From a virus, in the IMG/VR virus record IMGVR_UViG_3300045988_133226, positions 14,524 through 78,523 of that record: a stretch of 64,000 bases of DNA. One strand, given 5' to 3'. Shown in pieces: positions 55,289 to 64,000 of the stretch (position 1 is its first letter; every line of letters starts with the position of its first letter). Below the pieces are notes generated by a model. The model was not told the DNA's origin and searched no databases. It saw only the letters and a list, made by a program, of their open reading frames with translations. The position numbers and the translations under genes were made by a program.

Positions 55289-56838
55289 CAGAAGAAACAG
55301 TAGAACGTAAAAGTGTAACTAACATTCAGAGTGAAATGATGTTTATCGGTGCTTTGTATAAACAACCAGATTTATATGTTTCTTATGGTGGATATATGAG
55401 AAGCCAGTATGATTTCAGTGATGAGGCATGTAAATTCTTCTATGATATGTTTGAGATTATGTACAAAACATTTACTCAGACGATTGAGGAAGACAAGGTA
55501 AATATGTTCATGAGTCAATCAGATGAAAGGCTTAGGACATATAAAAGATACAAAGGGTGGAAGACAATTTCATCATGGATGCAGGTTGCAGATTGTGATG
55601 ATTTTAAAAAATATTATAATCTCGTTAAGAAATACTCTCTTGTAAGAGAATATGACAGAAATGGATATCCTGTTCAAAGAATTTTAAACCATAGATTATT
55701 TGAAAAATGGGAAGCAAAAGATATTTATAGAGTGATTCGATCTCAGGCAGACAAAATTAACACTGTTATTAGCGCAGGCGAAGATTCTGTCTTATTGAAT
55801 AGTGGTGTTGAATCACAGGTTGAATCATTTTTATCAAAACCAGATTTGGGGATTCCGTTACCTTGGGCAATTCTCAATAAGATGTTTAGAGGATGTCGCC
55901 TTGGAAAAGTAATTTTTAATGGATTCTTAAGTAATGAAGGAAAATCAAGAAATATGATGTTGTTGATTGCATATATCGTATTGGCAATGGACGAGAAATT
56001 TTTATTGCTCAGTAATGAGATGGATGAGGACGATTTACGAAATTGCTTAGTCGTTACAGTGATCAACAACAAATGCTTCAAAGAGCTTCATGGTATTGAT
56101 ATTGAAAAACCAGAAGAAGAAATAGTTCTTGGTATTTACAGAGATAACAATGGCAATGTGATTGAAAGAAAAACAAATGAAAATGGAGACTTTATTGAAA
56201 CAGAAGATGAGTACAAACATAGAGTGGCTACTACGTCAGATGAGTTTCAGAAAGTTATGCAAGTTGCAAAATGGGTTGATCAGAAACGTCAAGGGAAATT
56301 ATATTTCAAAGATGTTGGCTCTGACTACTCAGATTCGGCATTAGAGTTTGAATTTAGAAAACATCGTATGTTATATGATGTGAAATATTGTGGTTATGAT
56401 ACGTTAAAAGGTTATCGTATTGATGATTGGCAAACAGTGAAACAGACAGCCACAAAAATTAAAGAACTTATGAAAGAGATCCATATGTTTTGCTTTTCTG
56501 TATTCCAGTTAACTGATGATACAGTGTATACAGATATATTCCAGTTAAGTAGTAATAATATTGCCAATGCAAAACAGATTAAGCACGTTGCTGATATCTT
56601 AATGCTTGGTAAAAGATTACATCCTGACGAATATTACAAATATCAGTATATATCAATTAGTGATTGGGGAGAACCACAGGCGCATGATCTAAAAAAGGAC
56701 AAGACATATTTCTGTATTAAGGTTGATAAAAACCGAGGCGGTAACAAGAATGTTATTCCAATTTTTGAAATTAATTTGGATTTAAATACTTGGGACGAAA
56801 TAGGATATGTCATAAAACGAGAGAAAAACGGAGCGTAG
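55285..56838 (+). CDS. DnaB-like replicative DNA helicase
   Basis: N-terminal IQSEMMFIGALYKQPDLY resembles the DnaB N-domain (EAEQSVLGGLL); central P-loop-like FNGFLSNEGKSRNMMLL; 517 aa; location between the ATPase and primase genes. Confidence 0.55.
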   Translation: MTEETVERKSVTNIQSEMMFIGALYKQPDLYVSYGGYMRSQYDFSDEACKFFYDMFEIMYKTFTQTIEEDKVNMFMSQSDERLRTYKRYKGWKTISSWMQVADCDDFKKYYNLVKKYSLVREYDRNGYPVQRILNHRLFEKWEAKDIYRVIRSQADKINTVISAGEDSVLLNSGVESQVESFLSKPDLGIPLPWAILNKMFRGCRLGKVIFNGFLSNEGKSRNMMLLIAYIVLAMDEKFLLLSNEMDEDDLRNCLVVTVINNKCFKELHGIDIEKPEEEIVLGIYRDNNGNVIERKTNENGDFIETEDEYKHRVATTSDEFQKVMQVAKWVDQKRQGKLYFKDVGSDYSDSALEFEFRKHRMLYDVKYCGYDTLKGYRIDDWQTVKQTATKIKELMKEIHMFCFSVFQLTDDTVYTDIFQLSSNNIANAKQIKHVADILMLGKRLHPDEYYKYQYISISDWGEPQAHDLKKDKTYFCIKVDKNRGGNKNVIPIFEINLDLNTWDEIGYVIKREKNGA

Positions 56839-56841
56839 GTT

Positions 56842-57870
56842 ATGGATGTAGCACAGCTAAAAGAATATATATACGACAATAATTATGTAGAAAATATTCT
56901 GAAAGATATAGGCTGTCATCATATTAAATATCATTCGTCTGGATATTGGAGCTGTGCAAATAAAGATGGGGATAATGAATCCGCAGTTATTACATATAAC
57001 AACGAAAACCTAAATTGCACAAATTATACAAGAAAAATGACAGCAAAAGAAAGACAGACAGATTTAATTGACTTGGTATGCTTTACAAAATGTCTGTCTT
57101 TCCCAGACGGTTTAAAATATCTAGCCAATTTGATCGGCATAGATTATTATCATGATTTTAATGAGCAACTGCCAGAAAGTTTGCAGATCACTCAATTGAT
57201 TCATGATATGAAAGAACATATAGAAACTGAAGAAGATAAACCAGTCAAACCAATTTCAAAACGAATTCTTTCTTATTATAAGGACTATGTTAATGATCTG
57301 TTTTATGAAGATCATATTACTTATTTAACACAGAAAGAATTTAATATTGGCTATGACGAAGATACAAACAGAATTACAATACCTATTTTTTCTGAAATTG
57401 GTGATTTGGTAGGTGTTAAAGGACGATTGTTTAAGAAAAATTTAGATAAACATGATTTGAAATATTTATATATTGAGCCATGCGCTAGACAAAGAATCTT
57501 ATACGGATTGAATAAAACTCTACCTTATATAGAAAGGGCTGGAAGAGTATATGTTGCAGAAGCAGAAAAAGCTGTCATGCAGCTATGGTCATATGGATAT
57601 CAAAATGTTGTGGCAACTGGCGGCAAGCAAGTTTCAAGACAGCAAATTGACATGTTAACAAGACTCGGAGTTGAAGTAGTATTTATTTTTGACAAAGATG
57701 TTGAGTTAGAAGAGATTCAAAAGCTTGGCGATCGCTTTATTGATGGAGTTCCGATTTCATACATTATGGATAATTCAAAAGAAGGAATCCTTGATGAAAA
57801 AGAATCACCTACTGATGACCCTAAAAAATGGGAACTATTGTTAAATAACTATTTGTATACACTTAAATAA
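56842..57870 (+). CDS. DnaG-like primase (zinc-binding + TOPRIM)
   Basis: N-terminal Cys/His cluster CHHIKYHSSGYWSCANKDG; TOPRIM-like VYVAEAEKAVMQLWSYGYQNVVATGGKQ...VFIFDKDVE (E...DxD). Confidence 0.55.
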   Translation: MDVAQLKEYIYDNNYVENILKDIGCHHIKYHSSGYWSCANKDGDNESAVITYNNENLNCTNYTRKMTAKERQTDLIDLVCFTKCLSFPDGLKYLANLIGIDYYHDFNEQLPESLQITQLIHDMKEHIETEEDKPVKPISKRILSYYKDYVNDLFYEDHITYLTQKEFNIGYDEDTNRITIPIFSEIGDLVGVKGRLFKKNLDKHDLKYLYIEPCARQRILYGLNKTLPYIERAGRVYVAEAEKAVMQLWSYGYQNVVATGGKQVSRQQIDMLTRLGVEVVFIFDKDVELEEIQKLGDRFIDGVPISYIMDNSKEGILDEKESPTDDPKKWELLLNNYLYTLK

Positions 57871-57937
57871 GAACAGGCAGGTTATACATATAAAATACAA
57901 ATTATATGAAGGTGGCACAAATGATACCTCTAATGTT

Positions 57938-59686
57938 GTGCCAGAAATTTTAAGAAATAGAGGGATTGATGATTATGAAACGTATTTGAACCTCGATGAT
58001 AGCGTAATTCAAGATTATGCTGATTTAGAGGGTATCAAAAACGCAGTAAATACAACGATTTTTGCACTTGAAAATGGACATAAAATCGGTATTTTAATTG
58101 ACGAGGACGTAGACGGATTTTGCTCAGCTTCAATGGTATATATGTACTTAAATCGCATTAATAATGAACTTTATGACAGCAAGAGTAACATTTGTTACTT
58201 ATTGCATAAAAAAGCAAAAGCTCACGGATTAAGTGAAGATATTACTATACCTGAAGACGTAAAACTTTTAATAATTCCAGATGCAGGCACCAACGATGTA
58301 ACACAGTGTACTGAACTTGTAAGTCGTGGCGTACAGATTGTAATTCTTGATCACCATGAAAAAGAAGAATCTGAAATTAAAATGCCAGAGGAAGTTGTAA
58401 TTGTAAATAACCAGTGCAGTCCACACTATAAGAACAAAGACTTATGTGGGGCAGGCGTTGTTTATAGATTTTTGCAAGCAATGGATGACGAATTATGGAT
58501 CAATTATGCTGATGATTATTTAGATTTATGTGCATTAGCGAATATCGGTGATGTCATGGATATGAGATCATTTGAGACACGTCGTTTAGTGGATAAAGGG
58601 ATTCAGAATCTTCAGAATAAATGCTTCAAAGCGCTGATCAATGCACAAGACTATTCAATGCACAGTATTGTTAATATCCATAATGTTCAGTGGTATATCG
58701 TTCCAATTATCAATGGTATGGTACGATTTGGTTCTTTGAAAGATAAAGAATTAGTTTTTAGAGCATTTATTGAAGACTATGAGGTATTTGACTATAAGAA
58801 AAGAGCAACAAAAAACAACCCTGCGGAAGTAATCAAAGAGAATATTTACGATCGTGCCGCTCGATTATGCAAAAATGCTAAAGGCAAACAGGATCGTCAA
58901 AAGAAAAAGATGGTTCCGATTATTATGAAAGAGGCAGAAAAAGATAAAGATAGTAAGATTACTATTCTTGATGTTACAGAAACATTAGATAGCAGTTTGA
59001 CAGGATTGGTTGCCATTAAGATTGCTGAAGATATGAACAGACCATGTTTGTTATTACGAAAACATATTAATCCAGAAACAGGATTAGTAGAAATGAGTGG
59101 TAGTGCAAGAAATGTAGACCATAGCCCGATTGATAGTTTGAAAGATGTGATATCCGAAACAAATTCATTTTTATGGGCAAAAGGTCACGCCAATGCATTT
59201 GGATGTTCGACAGATAATATCTCTGGAGCACTCACAGAATTAAACGACAAGCTGAAAGATATTAAATATGATTCAACTTATAGAGTTGATTTCATTGTAG
59301 ATGCTTGTAGATTAGAGTTTGAACTACTACAGGAAATGTCTAAATTGGATGATATTCGCGGGCAGGGCATTGATGATCCGATGATTGCTGTCGAGAATAT
59401 CACATTAAATAAGGAAGAAATTAATGTTGTTGGTAAGAAAATGGATACAATGCAATTCAAGATTAATGATATTCCATGCGTGATGTTTAGATGTAATGAA
59501 AAAAATAAGATTTATGATTGGATTATGAATGATTTTTCTGACGAAGGCACAGTTACATTTGAATTAGTAGGAACTGCACAGACTAATATCTTTAACGGAA
59601 TTAGACAATATCAAATTGCGGTTGATGATCTTAATGTTCTGAGCATTACAACAGATGAAGAATTAGACGAAGATATTTGGGATTGA
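57938..59686 (+). CDS. RecJ-like DHH-family single-strand DNA exonuclease
   Basis: DHH motif GVQIVILDHHE, DHHA1-like WAKGHANAFGCS; 582 aa; GTG start (see finding on start context). Confidence 0.6.
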   Translation: MPEILRNRGIDDYETYLNLDDSVIQDYADLEGIKNAVNTTIFALENGHKIGILIDEDVDGFCSASMVYMYLNRINNELYDSKSNICYLLHKKAKAHGLSEDITIPEDVKLLIIPDAGTNDVTQCTELVSRGVQIVILDHHEKEESEIKMPEEVVIVNNQCSPHYKNKDLCGAGVVYRFLQAMDDELWINYADDYLDLCALANIGDVMDMRSFETRRLVDKGIQNLQNKCFKALINAQDYSMHSIVNIHNVQWYIVPIINGMVRFGSLKDKELVFRAFIEDYEVFDYKKRATKNNPAEVIKENIYDRAARLCKNAKGKQDRQKKKMVPIIMKEAEKDKDSKITILDVTETLDSSLTGLVAIKIAEDMNRPCLLLRKHINPETGLVEMSGSARNVDHSPIDSLKDVISETNSFLWAKGHANAFGCSTDNISGALTELNDKLKDIKYDSTYRVDFIVDACRLEFELLQEMSKLDDIRGQGIDDPMIAVENITLNKEEINVVGKKMDTMQFKINDIPCVMFRCNEKNKIYDWIMNDFSDEGTVTFELVGTAQTNIFNGIRQYQIAVDDLNVLSITTDEELDEDIWD

Positions 59687-59697
59687 GGTGAAAGTTA

Positions 59698-62600
59698 GTG
59701 AGCAGTTCATTACATACACATTCGCATTATTCATTGTTAGATGGATATGCATTACCTGAAGAAAACTTACAAAGAGCAGAAGAGATAGGACTAAAAGCCC
59801 TGGCTATCACAGAACATGGCAATGAGTATAGTTGGTGCTATTATGATAAGCTTCATGAGAAATATCCAAGTGTTAAATTGATTTTTGGAGTTGAATTTTA
59901 TGAATGCTTTGATATGACAGAACAGAATAAGGATAGCAAATATTTCCATTTAATTGTATTGGCAAAGAATGAGAATGGTAGAAAAGCAATTAATCAATTG
60001 GTAACTGATTCAAATTTTCATGGATTTTACTACAAGCCACGAATTGATCTGAATGCGTTGAAACCATATGCTAAGGATCTGGTTGTGAGTAGTGCTTGTT
60101 TAGCATCTAAACTTGCCAGAGAGCCAGATTATCAGAAATGTGTTGAATATGTTCTTGAATACAAAGAGATTTTTCCACATTTTTATTTAGAAATGCAGTC
60201 ACATTCACATCAGGATCAAATGGTATATAATCAGAAAATCTTACGGCTTTCAGTAGACACTAATACACCATACATTATCACAACTGATAGTCACGCTGCT
60301 AGAAAAGAAGATCTGTATTATCAGAACTGGCATGTAAAGCTTGCTCACGATACTGAAACCGCAGCAGAAATTTATGAAGGATGTTATTTACAATCTGACG
60401 ATGAAATTCATGCAATTATGGATAACCAAATTGGAGAAGACGCAGCAACTAAAGGACTTGAAGAAACTGATAGGATTGCAGATTTAATTGATGAAATTCA
60501 CATGCCATTTCAGGCACCTCAGTTACCATCTTTCCCATTACCAGAAGGATTTGAAGATAATTATTCTTATTTAAAGTATCTGATTGATACAGGGTGGGTA
60601 AAACGAGGATTCGATAAATTACCAGAAGATGAGCAGAAACTCAGAAAAGAAAGAATTGATTATGAGTTAGATATTATTCATTCAATGGGATTCGATGGAT
60701 ACTTCTTGATCGTTTGGGATTTTATCAATTTTGCAAGAGAAAATGGTATTCCAATTGGTGCTGGTCGAGGTAGTTGTGCAGGTAGTTTGGTGTGTTACAC
60801 GATTACAATTACAGACTTAGATCCTATCAAATATGGACTGATTTTTGAAAGATTTTTAAATCCAGAACGAATTTCAATGCCAGATACAGATACAGATGTT
60901 GGTACACGAGATGAGATTATCCAATATTTGATCGATAAGTATGGCGAAAACAGAGTATGCCAGATTATCAATTTCAGTTTTATTACTCCAATTGTGGCAA
61001 TCAAAGATGTTGGCAAGGTTTTAGGGTTCAATTATCACGAGATGGACAAACTAAGTAAAAAATTTGTATATGACACGATTGAAGAATCTTTATGGAATAA
61101 CAGAGATTTAGCAGAGAATCCAAGATATGAAGAGCTTTTTGACGTTGCATCTCATCTTGCAGGTAGAGTAAAAACAGTATCTTCTCATGCAGGTGGTGTT
61201 GGAATTGTAGATACAGATATTAGCGATTATATGGCAATGAAACTTGGAACTGATGGAGAACACGTCATCCAAGTAGATAAACGTATCGTTGAAGAGATTG
61301 GGATTATTAAATTTGATATTTTGGGTGTTGCTACATTGAACACTGTAAAAGAAGCCGAAATTGACGCAGGGTTAACTGAGTTTGATGTAAATATTAACAA
61401 TCCAAAGTTTGAAATGGATAAAGGATCATATGAATTATTGCGTAGTGCAATGACGAATGGTGTTTTCCAGGTCGAAAGTGCTGGTATGAAGGATTTGCTG
61501 GTTAGGTTACAAGTCTCAAACATGGAAGAGTTGGCAGCTGTATTAGCACTGTATAGACCAGATGCAATGGATGTCTTAGAAGAATTCATTGAGTATAAAC
61601 ATCATCCAGAGAAAATTGCATATATCCATCCAGATATGGAGCCAATCTTAAAGGAAACGTATGGATGTATGATTTATCAGGAGCAATTACTTGATATTGT
61701 TCGTAAATTTGGTGGTCGAAGTTATGGAGGAGCTGACTTATTCCGTAAGGCGATTGGTAAGAAGAATATTGAACTTGTAAAGTCTGAATCTAAAAAGCTT
61801 TATTACGAGATTATTGAGAATGGATACCCCGAAGAAATTGCAAAACAGATTAGCGAGACATTATCCCAAAAAGGGGGATACTTATTCAACAAAAGTCATG
61901 CGTACTCCTACGCTGTATTATGCTTACAAACAGCGTTTTTAAAGAAACATTATGCGTTGTGTTTTTTTAAGGCATTATTGAATCGCAATAAAGATAAGGC
62001 AGGAATGGTAAATAAATATATTCTTGATGCTAAGGCGTTTAAGATTCAAGTGTTACCACCAAACTTAAACAAATCAATGATGAATTTCAGTATTGACGAT
62101 GTGTATATATTGTTTGGATTATCGGCTATCAGTGGCATTGGAGAAAAAATTGCAAAGGTAATTCTTGAAGACCGTGATAAAAATGGTAAATTCATAGGAT
62201 TTGAAAACTTTTGCGAACGTATTAATCCAAGTAAATCACAGGTTATTCAGTTGATCAAAGCAGGTGCAATTCCAACAAAGAATAAGCGTAAAACTTTAAT
62301 TCAGTATTTGAAATCTATGTATCAGCCAACAACATTCAAGCCAGTTGCAAAAGCACCGAGTTACAAACAATTACTTATTAAATGGGATATTGACGCTGAA
62401 GATTACCGTATAGGTGAGAAGAAATATGATTACGACAAAGATGCAATATTGAAAGTTTATAACGATAAAAAGTATGAATTGTACAAAGATAAGGAAAAAG
62501 AACGATTTCAGAAATTTATCGCACAGAATCAAAAATATCTTGAGAATGAAGATTTTTGGGAATTTGAAGCATTGCAAATCTTTATCAACGATAACCCATT

Positions 62601-62931
62601 TGATCAGGCATACAAGTATATGTCAAAACAATTTCAAGATGTTGAAAATGGAGATGATTGTACTGTGGTTGCAGTGATCGCTAAAGTTGATAAAAAGAAA
62701 GACAAAAATAAAAAGACATTTGCGTATGTGAATTTATATTCTAGTTTTGGATTGACTGAGGCAATCGTCTGGCATTCGCAATTAAAAGAATATGAAGATA
62801 TGATTACCAAAGGAAATCAGATTGCGATGTTATGCAGAAAAGATTCAGAAGAGAAGGTTATCGCAAAGAAAATTAAACCATATAAACAATGGCTAGAAGA
62901 TATTAAGAAAGTGAAGGGGGTTGTCGCCTAA
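59698..62931 (+). CDS. dnaE: DNA polymerase III alpha subunit (DnaE-type, N-terminal PHP domain)
   Basis: N-terminal PHP signature SLHTHSHYSLLDGYALPEE...ALAITEHGN; 1077 aa; GTG start after TGAGGTGaaagtta. Confidence 0.75.
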   Translation: MSSSLHTHSHYSLLDGYALPEENLQRAEEIGLKALAITEHGNEYSWCYYDKLHEKYPSVKLIFGVEFYECFDMTEQNKDSKYFHLIVLAKNENGRKAINQLVTDSNFHGFYYKPRIDLNALKPYAKDLVVSSACLASKLAREPDYQKCVEYVLEYKEIFPHFYLEMQSHSHQDQMVYNQKILRLSVDTNTPYIITTDSHAARKEDLYYQNWHVKLAHDTETAAEIYEGCYLQSDDEIHAIMDNQIGEDAATKGLEETDRIADLIDEIHMPFQAPQLPSFPLPEGFEDNYSYLKYLIDTGWVKRGFDKLPEDEQKLRKERIDYELDIIHSMGFDGYFLIVWDFINFARENGIPIGAGRGSCAGSLVCYTITITDLDPIKYGLIFERFLNPERISMPDTDTDVGTRDEIIQYLIDKYGENRVCQIINFSFITPIVAIKDVGKVLGFNYHEMDKLSKKFVYDTIEESLWNNRDLAENPRYEELFDVASHLAGRVKTVSSHAGGVGIVDTDISDYMAMKLGTDGEHVIQVDKRIVEEIGIIKFDILGVATLNTVKEAEIDAGLTEFDVNINNPKFEMDKGSYELLRSAMTNGVFQVESAGMKDLLVRLQVSNMEELAAVLALYRPDAMDVLEEFIEYKHHPEKIAYIHPDMEPILKETYGCMIYQEQLLDIVRKFGGRSYGGADLFRKAIGKKNIELVKSESKKLYYEIIENGYPEEIAKQISETLSQKGGYLFNKSHAYSYAVLCLQTAFLKKHYALCFFKALLNRNKDKAGMVNKYILDAKAFKIQVLPPNLNKSMMNFSIDDVYILFGLSAISGIGEKIAKVILEDRDKNGKFIGFENFCERINPSKSQVIQLIKAGAIPTKNKRKTLIQYLKSMYQPTTFKPVAKAPSYKQLLIKWDIDAEDYRIGEKKYDYDKDAILKVYNDKKYELYKDKEKERFQKFIAQNQKYLENEDFWEFEALQIFINDNPFDQAYKYMSKQFQDVENGDDCTVVAVIAKVDKKKDKNKKTFAYVNLYSSFGLTEAIVWHSQLKEYEDMITKGNQIAMLCRKDSEEKVIAKKIKPYKQWLEDIKKVKGVVA

Positions 62932-62933
62932 AG

Positions 62934-64000
62934 TGGTGGATAGTACAAAAGAATATGAGTTTGAGATTGTCCCATTATATCAGATTTATTATAATGAAGA
63001 ATCTTTATTTGGGATTTACACATTCTGTACAGCAGAAGATTTACCAGAATGTAAACCATATAATAATAATGATTTTGATGACTTATCCGATAAAAAAATG
63101 AATAAATGTGGCAAATTGGTTGGTAATATGCAGGAGTTGTATTTAGGAACGAAATATAAGGTTAAAGCCAATATGACATATTCTAAGAAATACAATGAAT
63201 ACCAATATAAACCACTTTCTATAGTTGCTGAAGTTCCTAAAACTTTTGAAGCACAAAAGGTATTTTTAAAAACACAGACGAACGCAGTGATCGCAGATCA
63301 GTTAATTGCGAAATATCCTAATGTTGTTGAAGATGTAATGAATGGTCAGTTAGAGATGATTGACCATTCAGAAATCAAAGGACTAGGAGATAAAACTTGG
63401 AAGAAGCTTAGAGATAAAATTATTAAAAACTATGTGATTTCTGATATTGTTGTAATGTTGCAACCATATGGGGTTACGTTACCAACGATTGAAAGATTAT
63501 TGAAATCCGAACCTAATCCAAGTGTTTTAAAAAAACAGATTGAACAAAATCCATATATACTAACTAGGGTAAAGGGCATGGGCTTTAAACGAGTTGATGA
63601 TATTGCGCTCAAATTAAAACCAGAATTGCGATGCTCAAATCAACGGTTAAACGCATTTATTTCCTACGACTTGCATCAAGTTGGTGATAATGATGGACAT
63701 ACATATGTGTATATCAAAAATTTAAGAAGCAATATTAGTAATGCAGCGTCTGAATGCTTACCTATATTTGACGAATGGTTTGATGAAGAATCAGATAAAA
63801 AATTACCAAATTATTTATATACATCTGGAGATAAAATTGGTCTGAAATCGTATTATAAAATTGAAATGGATATTTACGAATTTATTAAAGATATGGAGAA
63901 ATATTCATTTGGAAATACAACAGATTACGAACCAATAACAGATAGTGAGATTAGTCAGACGATTTCTGAAGTTGAAGATGAAGAAGGGTTTATGTTTTCA
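62934..64000 (+). CDS. helix-hairpin-helix protein (RecD2-like helicase N-terminal region?), 3' end outside window
   Basis: ORF open to the window end; HhH-like PYILTRVKGMGFKRVDDIALKL; start codon uncertain. Confidence 0.35.

Overview
The window is AT-rich, densely packed and almost entirely + strand, and it reads like an early/middle region of a large phage or prophage of a low-GC Gram-positive host. That call rests on AGGAGG/GGTGG-type ribosome-binding sites, many small back-to-back or ATGA-overlapping genes, Bro-N antirepressors, two phage-type sigma factors and a complete replication module. No capsid, terminase or tail genes are recognisable here.

Modules from 5' to 3':
- **1-9.3 kb:** about 25 small early genes of unknown function.
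- **10-13 kb:** two Bro-N antirepressor-like genes.
- **13-19 kb:** a DnaD-like initiator, a tyrosine recombinase and a metallophosphoesterase.
- **19.4-20 kb:** a promoter/operator in front of a MazF/PemK-like gene.
- **27.2-30.9 kb:** a four-gene NAD+ module (nicotinamidase PncA, a PRPP-synthetase-like PRTase, a NAMPT-family enzyme and NH3-dependent NAD synthetase NadE), adjacent to a flotillin/SPFH gene (31.3 kb).
- **33.5-34.1 kb:** a large palindrome, a tRNA-like gene interrupted by a 74-nt AT-rich insert, and the only credible minus-strand gene (an XRE-type repressor) next to a divergent extended -10 promoter.
- **38.9-41.7 kb:** the most striking locus, described below.
- **42.8 kb onward:** a DHH/DHHA1 NrnA-like phosphoesterase, a pol-beta-type nucleotidyltransferase plus HigA-like HTH, a nucleoside 2-deoxyribosyltransferase-like gene, then a replication module (SSB-like, RecA-like ATPase, DnaB-like helicase, DnaG-like primase, RecJ-like exonuclease, DnaE-type Pol III alpha).

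The 38.9-41.7 kb locus starts with a 542-aa TnpB/Cas12f-like RuvC nuclease with all catalytic motifs intact. It is followed by about 1.1 kb of non-coding DNA organised as four tandem modules. Each module carries a GTTYYG anti-repeat-like motif, a conserved hairpin and a mini CRISPR array of 36-nt repeats, 30-nt spacers and a 3'-degenerate terminal repeat; the repeats differ between modules and covary with the upstream motif. This looks like a compact phage-borne type V (Cas12f-like) CRISPR system with four separately led mini-arrays.

Functional names come from motif recognition by eye; no database searches were run.
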